This document shows, in pieces, positions 33,401 through 43,780 of a DNA stretch of 64,000 nucleotides. The translations under genes were made by a program, and so were the position numbers. Within the stretch, counting starts at the first letter, position 1. Every line of letters starts with the position of its first letter. The notes below the pieces were generated by a model. The model was given only the letters and a program-made list of their open reading frames with translations, was not told where the DNA came from and ran no database searches. The stretch is from Rebecca billardiae RCC1528 (lineage: Eukaryota > Protista > Haptophyta): contig OZ251223.1 of NCBI GenBank assembly GCA_965240325.2, positions 1,736,001-1,800,000 on the forward strand, given 5' to 3'.

Positions 33401-36088
33401 CGTGTCGCCCGACCACGTGCGCCAGCCCTGCAGGTGCGCCTGCTTGGCCTCGTGCAGCATCAGAGAGAAGGCCCACAGGAGAACGGTGATGCCCGTCCAG
33501 CGGATCGTCACGTCGAACTCGCGCGGCTCGACGACCTGGTACGTGAGCCCGCCGATGAAGCAGAGGTACAGCGCCGTCTGCACCGTGTACTTGGTCATCG
33601 GCACCTGGAACAGGTGCCTCGCGTTGAAGGCCGCCTTGCGCAGCCGCGACAGCTTGTCCTTGGCGACCCCCGCCGGGTGGCCGTGCGCGCGCCGCATCAC
33701 CACCTGGCGCGGCGGCCCCCACGAGACGAAGTTGGGCCAGCACGGGATGAGCACCTGCAGCATGATGCGCGTGAACGTCACGTCGGGCGCGAGCACCCAC
33801 TGCCCCAGCCGGCTCCCCCGCCACCACTCCTCCACGAGCATCTGCACGTACTGCGACGCCATGAAGAGCTTGTGCTCCTGCTCCATCGCCACCTGCAGCA
33901 CCGTCGAGCCCGGCAGGAGCTCCGAGGGCGTGGTGAGCACGGAGAGCGCGTGCGTGTACGAGGGCGACGCGTTGAGCACGCCCGTCGCCCACGACTCGAG
34001 CGCGGCGGACATCGCGAGCAGCTCCGCCTTCGGCGCCAGCCACTCGAGCGCCAGGTCGCGCAGCGCAAACGAGCCGAGCAGCGCGAGCACGACCGGCTCG
34101 TCCGTGCGCTCCCAGAACATCTCGATCAGCTCGAGGTCCGCCATGAAGAGCGACCAGACGAAGAGGTCGACCTCGCCGAGCCGGCGCATCTGGTTCGTCT
34201 CCGCGTCGTACGCGAGCGAGGCCGTGTACCCCGGCACGAACCGCTCGATGAACGGGCACACCTCGTTGTAGTAGGCGGCGAGCTGCGTCGGCCGGTCGAC
34301 CGCCTTGGCGATCGGGTACGTCAGCTTGAGCTCGCGCAGGTGCGAGCTCGTCTGGAAGAGGCCGAAGGGGTGCTCGATGCGCGTGTACAGCCGGACGTAG
34401 TCGAGCTTGACCAGGTCGGCGGGCAGCGCGTCGTACATCCGCACGATCATCGCCGTGCGCTTCGACTCGAGCGCCATCTGCATCGCGCGCGTGATGATGT
34501 CCGCCTGCCCGCCCTGCTCCTCGGCAAACGTGGGCGTGCGCGCGCCCATCGAGCCCTCGTCGCTCTTGTCGAGGATGTGCGCGTCGAGGATGCCCTGCAG
34601 CAGGTCGGGGCGGTCCCAGTCGATGATCAGCTCCAGCTTGGACAGCCCGTCGGGCAGCCCCGCCAGGATCGCGTGCAGGATCGCCACCTCGAGCTGGTGG
34701 TCGTGCTCGAGCCAGCGCGTGTCCGACACGTGCAGCAGCGGCGGCTCGGAGCGGTGCCCGAGCACGTACACCTCCTCGAGGCGCGCGCGGATGTCGGGGA
34801 TGTGCGCGATGGCGTCGTCGATGGGCACGTCCGCCGGCGCGCGCCGGTACGCCTCGTGCTCGCGCAGCTCGACGTACTCCGCGACGTACGTCGCCATGCC
34901 GCCCGAGTCAGCGAGCAGCAGCACGGGCACGCCCTCGCGCAGCGCGGACGTGATCTGCTGCAGCGTGCCCTGCCCGCCCTGCAGCGCGATCACGCAGGTC
35001 GCGACGCGCATGTCGCGCTTGATCACGCCCTCGATGGCGGCGCGCATGCGGATCTCGCTGCCCCACGCCGCGCTGCCCTCGGCCGCCGAGTCGACGAGCA
35101 GGAAGCGGTTGTGGTGCTGCTCGAGCGACGCGCCCTCGGACGTCGAGTCGCGGTGCCTGTACACGGCCGTGCGGTGGAGGTCGCACGCGGTGGAGAGCTC
35201 GTCGCGCCCCTTGACCGCGCCGAACGGCGCGATGCCGATGCACTCAAAGTCGGCGCCGGAGACGGCGAACGTCGACTGGCCCACCAGCTGCATCACCCCC
35301 GAGTTGGTCCCGCCCGTCACCACCCACGCGTGCGTCGCCGCCGCCGCCTCGGCGATGCCGCGCTTGAACGCGATCGCGGTGTGCGGGTCGAGCGCAAAGT
35401 CCTGCGCGCCGCCGGTGACCGAGATGAGCACGGAGGGGCGGCGCATGCGCCAGTGGTTCAGGAAGAACGTGATGATGCGGCGCACGTCCGTCTGCTCGCC
35501 GAGTCGCACCCAGTCCGCGCACGGCTCGAAGCCGTCGTGGAAGGTGATGTTGCCCCACTGCGCGAGCCGTGGCGGCGAGACGCCGTCGTCGTTCAGCCGG
35601 AAGCGCTCCGGGCCGTAGTAGCGGCGGAACGGCCGGCGCATCCAGCGCTGGACCACACGCGCCGCCTGCTCGCGCCTTGCCTGGTCCACCTTGTGCTGCG
35701 CGCGCTCGTCGCGCGGAGGCGACTGCGCCTTGCTGCGGCGCGCGCCCCCCAACGGCTTGAGCCGCTCGACGGCGGAGGCCCTCGGCGCCCGGCGCGTGCC
35801 GGGCCCGATCGCGTCGAATGCCCGCCCGTTCGCCTCCGCGTTCGCGACCTGCGTCTTCTGCCGCGCCAGCTTGCCCTTGGGCCCCGACTCGCCGTCGTGC
35901 GACGTCTCGCGATAGTACGAGGGCGGAGGCACCGCAGTCGCGCGGGCGTAGTACTCGCTGGCGCTCACCTCCCCCAGCGTGCGCTGGCTCGGGATCGCCG
36001 CCGGCTCCGAGGCGCACCGCAGCGTCGCAGGCGGTGCGCCCCGGCTTTGCCGATGGCCATTCGCGCCGGAACCGGCTTGGACCACCAT
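30425..36088 (-). CDS. TRPM-like cation channel (SLOG/MHR N-terminus, 6 TM, TRP box, coiled coil, Pro/Gln-rich tail), apparently intronless
   Basis: PSVLISVTGGAQDF, WVVTGGTNSGVMQLVG, IGIAPFG, LEQHHNRFLLVD, LFVWSL, DTWNWLD, LLINLLIAILTDTY, VEWRFSRAKL. Confidence 0.9.
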   Translation of the reverse strand: MVVQAGSGANGHRQSRGAPPATLRCASEPAAIPSQRTLGEVSASEYYARATAVPPPSYYRETSHDGESGPKGKLARQKTQVANAEANGRAFDAIGPGTRRAPRASAVERLKPLGGARRSKAQSPPRDERAQHKVDQARREQAARVVQRWMRRPFRRYYGPERFRLNDDGVSPPRLAQWGNITFHDGFEPCADWVRLGEQTDVRRIITFFLNHWRMRRPSVLISVTGGAQDFALDPHTAIAFKRGIAEAAAATHAWVVTGGTNSGVMQLVGQSTFAVSGADFECIGIAPFGAVKGRDELSTACDLHRTAVYRHRDSTSEGASLEQHHNRFLLVDSAAEGSAAWGSEIRMRAAIEGVIKRDMRVATCVIALQGGQGTLQQITSALREGVPVLLLADSGGMATYVAEYVELREHEAYRRAPADVPIDDAIAHIPDIRARLEEVYVLGHRSEPPLLHVSDTRWLEHDHQLEVAILHAILAGLPDGLSKLELIIDWDRPDLLQGILDAHILDKSDEGSMGARTPTFAEEQGGQADIITRAMQMALESKRTAMIVRMYDALPADLVKLDYVRLYTRIEHPFGLFQTSSHLRELKLTYPIAKAVDRPTQLAAYYNEVCPFIERFVPGYTASLAYDAETNQMRRLGEVDLFVWSLFMADLELIEMFWERTDEPVVLALLGSFALRDLALEWLAPKAELLAMSAALESWATGVLNASPSYTHALSVLTTPSELLPGSTVLQVAMEQEHKLFMASQYVQMLVEEWWRGSRLGQWVLAPDVTFTRIMLQVLIPCWPNFVSWGPPRQVVMRRAHGHPAGVAKDKLSRLRKAAFNARHLFQVPMTKYTVQTALYLCFIGGLTYQVVEPREFDVTIRWTGITVLLWAFSLMLHEAKQAHLQGWRTWSGDTWNWLDVLLPLIVICSKLAEVIFALPRTEAAVDGVVQASTVRSMAHELLSIACMCAYVRVLQMLTITQDVGTLINIFFLMFRDMVPWFIVFMTITLGFMMMFYGLTIANDERYPYSLHADDTFVDSLQSGPGTLGHTLSLVLNYNAPYWAPFYSVFGMKNPDDPFPAASPVLGPILLYLYMFITTVLLINLLIAILTDTYASHKERADVEWRFSRAKLVEQYHKSHQVPPPFNLVYPWATRYVPHFILWLLCLLPMQLLAWLRGDAERRSRGIELPGGGRRSSLASLPPSIAPRPVPTGRPTLRVNRERRRATASRTATHGGRSAHGSEAPSVVESTLQRVVRLITWQDDGARVEGSAEFSREGDVPVAGARGVDASGGHATAQHAHAALLLGFDRFRTLKRLSAANSESARIDALVESMGSLDKRQQGVEAQMHNVAGRLEETAHSLRELLGKASIAGELGSDDGTATLPSTPRWTGRSPPLSRQVSAEHRRDGATRASVRGSPLGPAHGTGLRRLHTASEADGHRPPPLMTNQSSDPGGTTFAQGAGAGLPPGPAAAPGPAPGGGAAHASPGQPNPPRQPPPSKPLKHTPSFARKQQRTQPQPQQAQTLEEEEPQQPQPQPQQAPAQPAPPPPPPQDARAPPNQPPPPPGQARPAQPHPAAPSPPPPPHEARTPPRQPTPPPERTPQAQPQPAPPPGPPPKQQARAAPRQRTPPPEKAQLPTPQPAPPPPPPPPPPPPAPAPAPQEARVPPPPHAEPPQQERAQPSPPTQAQLQPPPQPPLSQAAPLSPLPEVRTPPRAAGGGAQASGGPDPGGGAPARASTPSTTGASSTHGAGPAGAASAAAEPASHPPAEDGAEPRAQLGWDDVLDERGRLRRKPSSTELLVSAPPWRTQPERGVPLPGYAAASSEVASMLASTPLGAGEERPARASDPARDSTSTGLVSLTAERRTKSRPSRPRKVLVAPSTEEWVVRARPSAAPSSLHRSSQQYL

Positions 36089-36388
36089 CGCTCGCTCGCC
36101 GCAATCGCGCAGGCGACGAATGCGGCGCCGCGTACCCCCATACTATTCTTTCTAAATGTATTGCCCAGCCGCCGTCCAAACGGCGGCGGGACGTCACACT
36201 CGATGACCTCGAATTCCGGAAGGCAGTCAGTCAGTCACCGCAGTGCACTGCTTGTAGTAATACCCCGGGACCAACCCGCAGCAGTGTTGGGCTTGTATGC
36301 TGTTGGCAATGGCATACCCCCGCCCCCTCTGGAGGCGGGCTGTCCGCAGTGGAGTGGTGCGGTAGTGCACTAGGTGCCCTCGGTCCGA

Positions 36389-36531
36389 GTGGTTTGATGT
36401 TGGGTGCAGGGGTCACGCGGGTGCGGTTGGTTCGGGGCCGGCTGGCCAGGGTAGGGCAGGAGCCAGGAGGCTTCGGCCGCCTGAGTCTGATCGCCCGGCG
36501 GAGCCCGTTATTTAATCACTTAGGGGAATTA
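36389..36531 (+). repeat. Diverged copy of the UUCG stem-loop dispersed repeat
   Basis: GTGGTTTGA...GGCTGGCCAGGGTAGGGC...GGAGGCTTCGGCCGCC...AGTCTGATCGCCC...GGAGCCCGTTAT...AGGGGAATT. Confidence 0.75.
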
Positions 36532-37692
36532 ACATTACTGACAATCGAGCGGCTGCAGCCGTAGCTACTGGTACATGTTTGACTGTCACTCAGTACGACT
36601 GCCATTACTAATCTGACTGTTTCTGAAGCGCTATGTCTGACGACGGTGGCGGGTGGGGCGAGGACGGCGGGTGCTAGCGCGCCGCGAGGCGGCCGCAGCC
36701 CCTCATGGCTCATCCACTCCGAGTCATCCAGGCCTCGCAGGCGGGCGGCTGAATGAATCGTCTTCCGACGGCGCTACCATCGGGCCGGCGACGGCTTCAT
36801 GGGCGGTGATAGTTGGTCACTGGCGTCCTCGGAGTCGGAATATCGCCTGCCTTAACTAGTGAGCTACGGTGTGCGTCTCTCATTTGGCTTAGAAAACTCA
36901 AAACTGTACATATGTAGTACGTGTGAATAAGCGCACTGTGAAACTGAAAAGCTGTGCTAGATTCCGCTTCGGAACGGATGACGACGATGAGGTTGAGATT
37001 GCTCAAAGCAGGGAAATCCGGGAAATGGCGTGTCTTGATTTTCCATTTATTTGTAATAATAAAAAGTGTTGACGATATATCATAATGGCGGCGGCGATAG
37101 GCGAGCGCTGCTGAGTGGCAGGCGCGAGTTGCGTTGACTAATGCGCTGAGTCCATGCCGGCATCATAAGCTCTGCGTCAGCCCGTCCGAACTCGGTGGCA
37201 GCGTGCTATGAATGCAATTGCAGAGGCGACACGTCGGTCGCGGAGCCCACGCAGGGCGTCACGCTGCTCATCCGTCTAAAGCCACCGCACTGGTGAATGG
37301 TGATGGCTGATGGCAAGAATCATATCTAGGATTATCTGAATTCAAGATGAAGATCAGTCGCGCATCGCAGCCGGCAGTTCCGGGCATCATGATCACCTTG
37401 TTGTCGTTGACTTTTTTAGTCTGCGTCAGTGCATCCGTTGCGCGCCTATTAGTAGTTGCAGACGTATAGCTAGTAGATACATGAGCCTCTCACTAATTGA
37501 CACGGGCCCGGACAGACGGGGAGTCACGCGGGGGTGCACGCTAGCCCGCTGACGTACCGTGAATAGTCACCTGAGGAGTGAGGGCGCGCGAGGCAGGGAA
37601 CGGCTGTCGGATGCGCGCCTCAGGGCGCCGATGAGCGATGGGTCATGTCGTAGCACATCTCGTTCGGGAGACAAGGCGCCCGCTCCGCTATC

Positions 37693-40142
37693 AGAGCAGC
37701 CCACAGCGGAATAAGGGGTTGGCCACTGCCGCGCGCCCTTCGGGCGGGAGGGGCCACTGGCGCCGCAGTGGCCAACCCCCCCCCCGGTGGCCAACCCCCC
37801 TTCGCCGCCGACGGAGCGCTCCGGGGGCGGCGCGGGCGGTTCGGGTGGGCCCACCCGACCACAATGACCCGCGCCGGCCACCGCAACGCCGCCTCGCGAC
37901 CCACTTCGCGCCCCGCGGGCACCTCGCAGAAGCGCGCGGCCCCACTGTGCTGGCGGCGCGTGCCCAGCGCGCGCTGCCGAGCGAGTGTGCGCGGATGGCG
38001 CGGGTTCTCCGCGGCGCGGAATGTCGGGGATGATGCAGTCGGCCGTGTCGCTGTGCAGCGCCAGGTCGCCGGCAGGTTCGCGCGCTGTCACGACGCTGCC
38101 CACCACCGAGCGCGGATCCTGCGCTGGGACGGCCAGCTGGGTGCCTTGGCGAGTGCGGCGGATGGCGAGAGGGATACGGGCGCGCTCGACCGTCGCGAGC
38201 GTGGAGAGGAAGCACGTACCTGCGCGCAAGCTCACCCTGGTATTCGTCCAGCTGGGCACACTTGACGCGCTACTGGCCACACGAGCACACGGCGACAAGC
38301 CGACCCGGGCACTCAGTCTGAGCTCAGCTTGCCGTGCGCACGGTTGCCGTCGGTCGGTGCTCAGGTGTCGCAGACTCTGCGGGCAGGCCGGTCTGGAACG
38401 GTATGAGGGGTGCCTGCTGAGTCGCGCTCGGGGTACCGTTGCCAGCACTCACCAGTACTAGCAGCTACGGCTTGCTGGCTGCGGCACATGAGTAGCAGCA
38501 GTACTGAGTACATGCTGCCGCGACCGCCCAACTGTGTGGTAACAGACCGATTCTATGATATATATATAACGACACAGGTATACGACGGCGCAGGTCTCTT
38601 TATTTGTCGTCGGCAGTGCTCGATCGTCATCGACAATTAAGTCGGCGTTGGTGGGCAGAGCTCCGCCAGCACTGCGATCGAACTGCTGCGGCGGGATCCA
38701 CCTGCGCCGTGCGGCAGCTCGCATGGGCCCGTGCTGCGCCGGACTCCGCCCCTAGTTAGGGGCGAGAGTGCAGGGCTAGATGTCATCAGGCGGCCGTCTC
38801 AGCGGCTGGGCCTGGCGAGTGCTCCGCCGACGGTGATGTAGTCGTCCCGGTGTGCCCTGCGCGGCCGCGTGCGCGCTTGCCGCTCTGCTCATCTAGCTGC
38901 ATGTCTGTGCGAGTGTGCGAGTTTTCGACTTTTCGTCAGTTTTATTTATTCTTTTTGTTTCCAATCGTCCTGATATTACGCACGTTAAGCGCGCGCGAGG
39001 CGTGAGGCGCTGCGGCCGTAGAGTTGCCGTGCGAAGGCGGCGCGTTGCTTGCGTGGCATAAGCGCGCTCGTCATACTGCTCTCTGCTCCCCGCGGCTTGC
39101 TCCTCGTCGACTTGGCCGCGCCTATGATCAGCGCGCATGCAAGCGTCGCCTCAGAATGAGCAGTCCGCGCCGGCCTCAGCCGTGTGCGCCCGCCTGGCGC
39201 GCGATGCGATCATCTCGGGACACGAGCTGAGAATGAGCGAGGAAGCATATCTATGTCGCAAGCCGCGCCGCCTTGAGCCACCGATCGTGCGTTTTGATGC
39301 AGCTTTAGACGGCTGTTGATGAGTGCGAATCAGCCTGCACGAGCCATGCATGCGATGGAGATGAACCAACCGACCGTAAGCGCCTTGAAGCGATGAATCG
39401 GAGTCTTCGGGTTGTGTGTGGGCGCATCAACTTGTGTACATCTGTATGCAACGCCTGCGCACGTGGCTGTTGTCATGCCATGCCTGAGTAGTTACTCGAA
39501 CGAGTAGTCTTGTCAAGGTCTCGACGCCATTGCAAGGGCAAGAAGAAAAGACGCGTGCAAGGCGCATGGCATGCGAACGATCGGTAGCTCAAGGTGGCGC
39601 GGTTTGCGCGCAGGTACGTGCTTCCTCTCCACGCTCGCGACGGTCGAGCGCGCCCGTATCCCTCTCGCCATCCGCCGCACTCGCCAAGGCACCCAGCTGG
39701 CCGTCCCAGCGCAGGATCCGCGCTCGGTGGTGGGCAGCGTCGTGACAGCGCGCGAACCTGCCGGCGACCTGGCGCTGCACAGCGACACGGCCGACTGCAT
39801 CATCCCCGACATTCCGCGCCGCGGAGAACCCGCGCCATCCGCGCACACTCGCTCGGCAGCGCGCGCTGGGCACGCGCCGCCAGCACAGTGGGGCCGCGCG
39901 CTTCTGCGAGGTGCCCGCGGGGCGCGAAGTGGGTCGCGAGGCGGCGTTGCGGTGGCCGGCGCGGGTCATTGTGGTCGGGTGGGCCCACCCGAACCGCCCG
40001 CGCCGCCCCCGGAGCGCTCCGTCGGCGGCGAAGGGGGGTTGGCCACCGGGGGGGGGGGGTTGGCCACTGCGGCGCCAGTGGCCCCTCCCGCCCGAAGGGC
40101 GCGCGGCAGTGGCCAACCCCTTATTCCGCTGTGGGCTGCTCT
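37693..40142. mobile_element. Foldback-type non-autonomous DNA transposon with ~537-bp TIRs and 3-bp TSD (ATC)
   Basis: 37693-38229 is the near-perfect reverse complement of 39604-40142; ATC at 37690-37692 and 40143-40145; no recognisable transposase in the 1.37-kb spacer. Confidence 0.9.
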
Positions 40143-40451
40143 ATCAGGACACGACTGATGCCTTTCGCAGCCTTCCAAAGGTGTGTTGACGAGCTGATTG
40201 CTTATGGGGGTATGAAATATATGCGAGGGTGAAGGGTGAACCGCCGAACATTGTGAAATGATTCGGCAATTCGTTAACGACGGAGGTCATCATATGGAAA
40301 TACACTCATCATATCCAGGTATCAACATCTCACAGCAGAAGATTGAATCTGCAGGATGAACCGCATCGACAAAACCTTCCCATCGAAGTATCGAACCATC
40401 CCGGCGGCGGCGGCCACGGGTACATTCATTCATCATTCTCCTTGTGAGTAC

Positions 40452-43229
40452 ATGGAAGGAAGCCGCATGTCCACCCTGGTGGCCGCGGCGCTCAAGGCGC
40501 AGGATGGCTTGAATGCCCACATGGCTGAGACGGGGACGTTGAGCTCGTCGGATAACACCGGCGAAGACCGCGCCACTGAAGATGTTGAGTGCGCGCCCGG
40601 CGCATCGAACCCACGCGACGCGTCGCTGCCGCACGACTTTGACGCAAACGTTGAAGATCTCCCCGAGCTGCAGCGCACGTGGCGGGGGTGCTTCGCCGAC
40701 CCGGACGTGGAGAGCGCGTACCGTGCGGAGATCTTCTACCCATGTCTTGGCCGCTGCATGTCGCACGTGCTCTTCGTCATGGCCACCTTCAACAGCCTCT
40801 CGTTCCTCGTGCTCTGCTCGAGAGGCCTGTCGCCGGAGCTGAGCGTTGAGCGGCACGGCTGGACTGCAAACGCGCTCGCGCTATTCGTCCTCGTTCAGGT
40901 CGGCATCTTCTTCCGCTCGAGTCACTTCTGCAACGTGCCGATGCACCTGATGGAGGTGATCTCCATCTCAACCCTCGTCGCGCTCAGCGCGTGGTTCCGC
41001 TTCCACCAGCTGCTCGAGCCGAGCTCGGCGTGCGCGACCAACGCGACGCTCATGCTGCGCCTCGGCGCGTTCGTGGCCTTGGTGAGTGCGTACGTCCCGC
41101 TCACCGTCCCGGCGTTCTGCATTGTCTGCGGCGCGTCGATCACGATCGGCGCCACCCTCGACCTATACTTGCCTGACGAGTCCGGCTGGTGCCCGTACAA
41201 CCTCGCGTCGCTGTGCATGCTCGGCTTCGCCACCACCGTCTGCCGGTACCACGTCTCCAAGACGGCGCGCGGCGAGTGGGCGTTCCGCCGGACGGTCGTC
41301 CTCGCGCAGCGAGAGCGGAAATACGTGCACCGCCGCTTCGAGCACGCGCGCTCCGCGCGCCTCCACGCGCAGCACGGGCGAGAGGCGCTCGCCGCCGCGG
41401 CTGCGCGCGCCGAAGAGGGCAAGCTCGCGCGCGCGCGGCTGATCCGCGTGGTGATGCACGACCTGCGCAGCCCGCTGCTCTCCGTGCTCAACGTGACCAA
41501 GCTGCTGCGCGAAGGCCACGAGGGCAAGAAGGCGGCCACGAAGCTCGAGATGGACAAGCTGCTCGACGTGCTCGGCACGTGCTGCGCGCTCATGGAGAAC
41601 ATCGTCTCGGACATCCTCGACTTTGAGCGCATCGACAGCGGCCGGCTCGTGCTCGTGCGCCAGCCGTTCACGCTCGAGCGGCTGCTGCACGAGTCGCACG
41701 CGACGTTCGAAGGGCTCGCGAAGGAGAAGGGCGTCGAGCTCGTGCGCGCGGCGATTGACCAGCAGCTGGGTGGTACCGTGTGGAACGGCGACAAGTGGCG
41801 GCTGCTGCAGTGCCTGAACAACGGCGTGAGCAACGCGATCAAGTTCACCGACCGCGGCGGCGCGGTGTACCTGCGCTGCTGGCTCGGCTCGGACGAGGAG
41901 CGGCAGCAGGACGACGGCGTCGCGCTCGTGCACATCGCCGTCGTGGACACCGGCACCGGCCTGAGCCCGGACCAGGTCGAGCAGCTCAACACGGGTGAGT
42001 GCTTCACGCAGGTCGGCTCCGGGCAGCTCCAGGGCCGCGGCGGGACCGGCCTCGGCCTCTCCATCAGCAAGTCGGTGCGGGCGAGCGCGCGCGCTGAGCC
42101 ATCCGCCAGCGGCGCACGGGCCTCGCGCCGCGCGCCACGCGCCGCGCCTCTCACCGCTCGCATTGTCGCCCGCTCCTCGCCCGCCGCTCGTCGCTGGGCG
42201 CGCGCGTGCAGATCCTCAAGCTGCACGACTCCTCCGAGCTTGTCATCTCCTCGCCGGGCGAGGGGATGGGCTCGACCTTCGAGATGCGGCTGTATCTGCA
42301 GCCGTCCTCGCAGCCCGTGCCCGCGCACGCCATCTCCGAGCACATGGCGCGCGGGCGCCAGCGGCAAGACCTCGGCCGCGACCGGGCGGCTGCCGCCTCG
42401 TCCCACTCGCTCGCCGAGCGGCTCACCCAGCTGGACCAGCGGAGCTCTGTGCCCTCCGTGGCGGCCGCGCGCGACGAGCAGACCGACGACGAGATGGCGC
42501 AGAGCTTCAAGCAACCCGGGACGTCGTCGGTGACGCCCCTCGTGATCCCACCCAACTTCTGCTGCCTGCACGTCGAGGTGAGCCGCTTGCGCCCCCCACC
42601 GCTCCTCGCGCGCCCGCGCCACCCACCGCTCACCGCACCGTCTCCCCTCGCGCGCCGCGCGCCGCGTGCGCTCTCGTGCCGCCCGCACCGCACCGCAGGA
42701 CGACGCTTTCCTCCAGTTGACGCTGCCGCTCACCACCTTCCAGACGGTCGGCGCGCCGTGGCAGACCGCGGAGAACGGCGAGAAGGCCATCGAGATGCTG
42801 GAGGAGCGCAAGAAGTCCGGCCTTCCGCCGTACGACCTCATCCTGATGGACAACCAGATGCCGCGCATGAACGGCGCGACCGCCGTGCGGCTCATGCGCG
42901 CGGGCGGCTTTGCCGGCATGATCGTCGGCATGACCGGGGACCCGATCGGCTCGCCCGACCGCTCCGAGTTCGAGGCGGCCGGTCTGACCGCGTGCATCGA
43001 GAAGGACTCGTCCGGCTGCGAGTACATCTGCCGCGTGCTGCGCTCCTTCATGCTGCCTATCGCCACCTCCGCGAGCCGGCGCGCCAGCTACAACAACCTC
43101 GCCAACCACCTCGGCGAGCTCGGCGCAGCGGTTGGCGAAGAGGACGACGACGATCGCAACTCCAACCGCTCGGGCTCGGTGGCCTCCTCGGCGAAGAAGG
43201 CGAGCAGCGATGTGGCGACGGTGCCCTAA
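40452..43229 (+). CDS. Membrane hybrid sensor histidine kinase (multi-TM + HisKA + HATPase_c + receiver); introns 42075-42211 and 42578-42698
   Basis: H-box VVMHDLRSPL, N-box LNNGVSNAIKFT, G1 VVDTGTGL, G2 GGTGLGLSISK; receiver LHVEDD, YDLILMDNQMPRMNG, IVGMTG. Start uncertain (40356, 40452 or 40467). Confidence 0.92.
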
Positions 43230-43644
43230 AAGATCGCCCGGGATCGACAGCCCGCGAGACACTGAGTGAGCGAGTGACACCTGCGGGCACGGATGATGAC
43301 CGGACCGCGCCGTGCATGCACACAGACACGGTAGAGTACGTTCAGCCGCCTCGCAGCCTCTCGGGTCCGATCCACTCCAGTCTCCACGGACTCCACTGTC
43401 TCGCGCCCACGCCGCCGAGCGGCCGGGCGGCCGAGCCCACGCTGCACGCACGCACTAGTACTCACTTAGTCACTACGGGCGCTGCTGATTAGTGATTAAC
43501 TTACACTCGCTGCTTAGTGACGTCAGCACCGACGCCTGTCGAGTGTCGGGGCCCGCCGCACGGAATGTGAGCCGAGTTGATGCGCCGGATTACCGGCGTC
43601 CAGCACTCTAGCAAGACCGTAGTCAGTCACTCTTACTCACAGAA

Positions 43645-43667
43645 TTCTCTCTCTCTCTATATATAGG

Positions 43668-43706
<39 letters not shown>
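43645..43706. repeat. (TC)n/(TA)n microsatellite
   Basis: Directly visible. Confidence 0.85.
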
Positions 43707-43709
<3 letters not shown>

Positions 43710-43780
43710 TAATAACGGTGACACTGAAGTCGAAGCATTAAGATTCACTCAGGCGCAGTCTCCTGAGTCATAATATATTA

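Noticed and set aside
31826-36373. 1515-aa plus-strand ORF and similar long Arg/Ala-rich ORFs (22665..24704, 25781..28597, 40922..43066)
   Set aside because: Antisense shadows of real GC3-rich genes (TRPM, TYW1, GCP5, histidine kinase).
37567-40232. Mirror-image ORF pairs (e.g. 37567..38448 and 39571..40158)
   Set aside because: Produced by the long inverted repeats of the foldback element.
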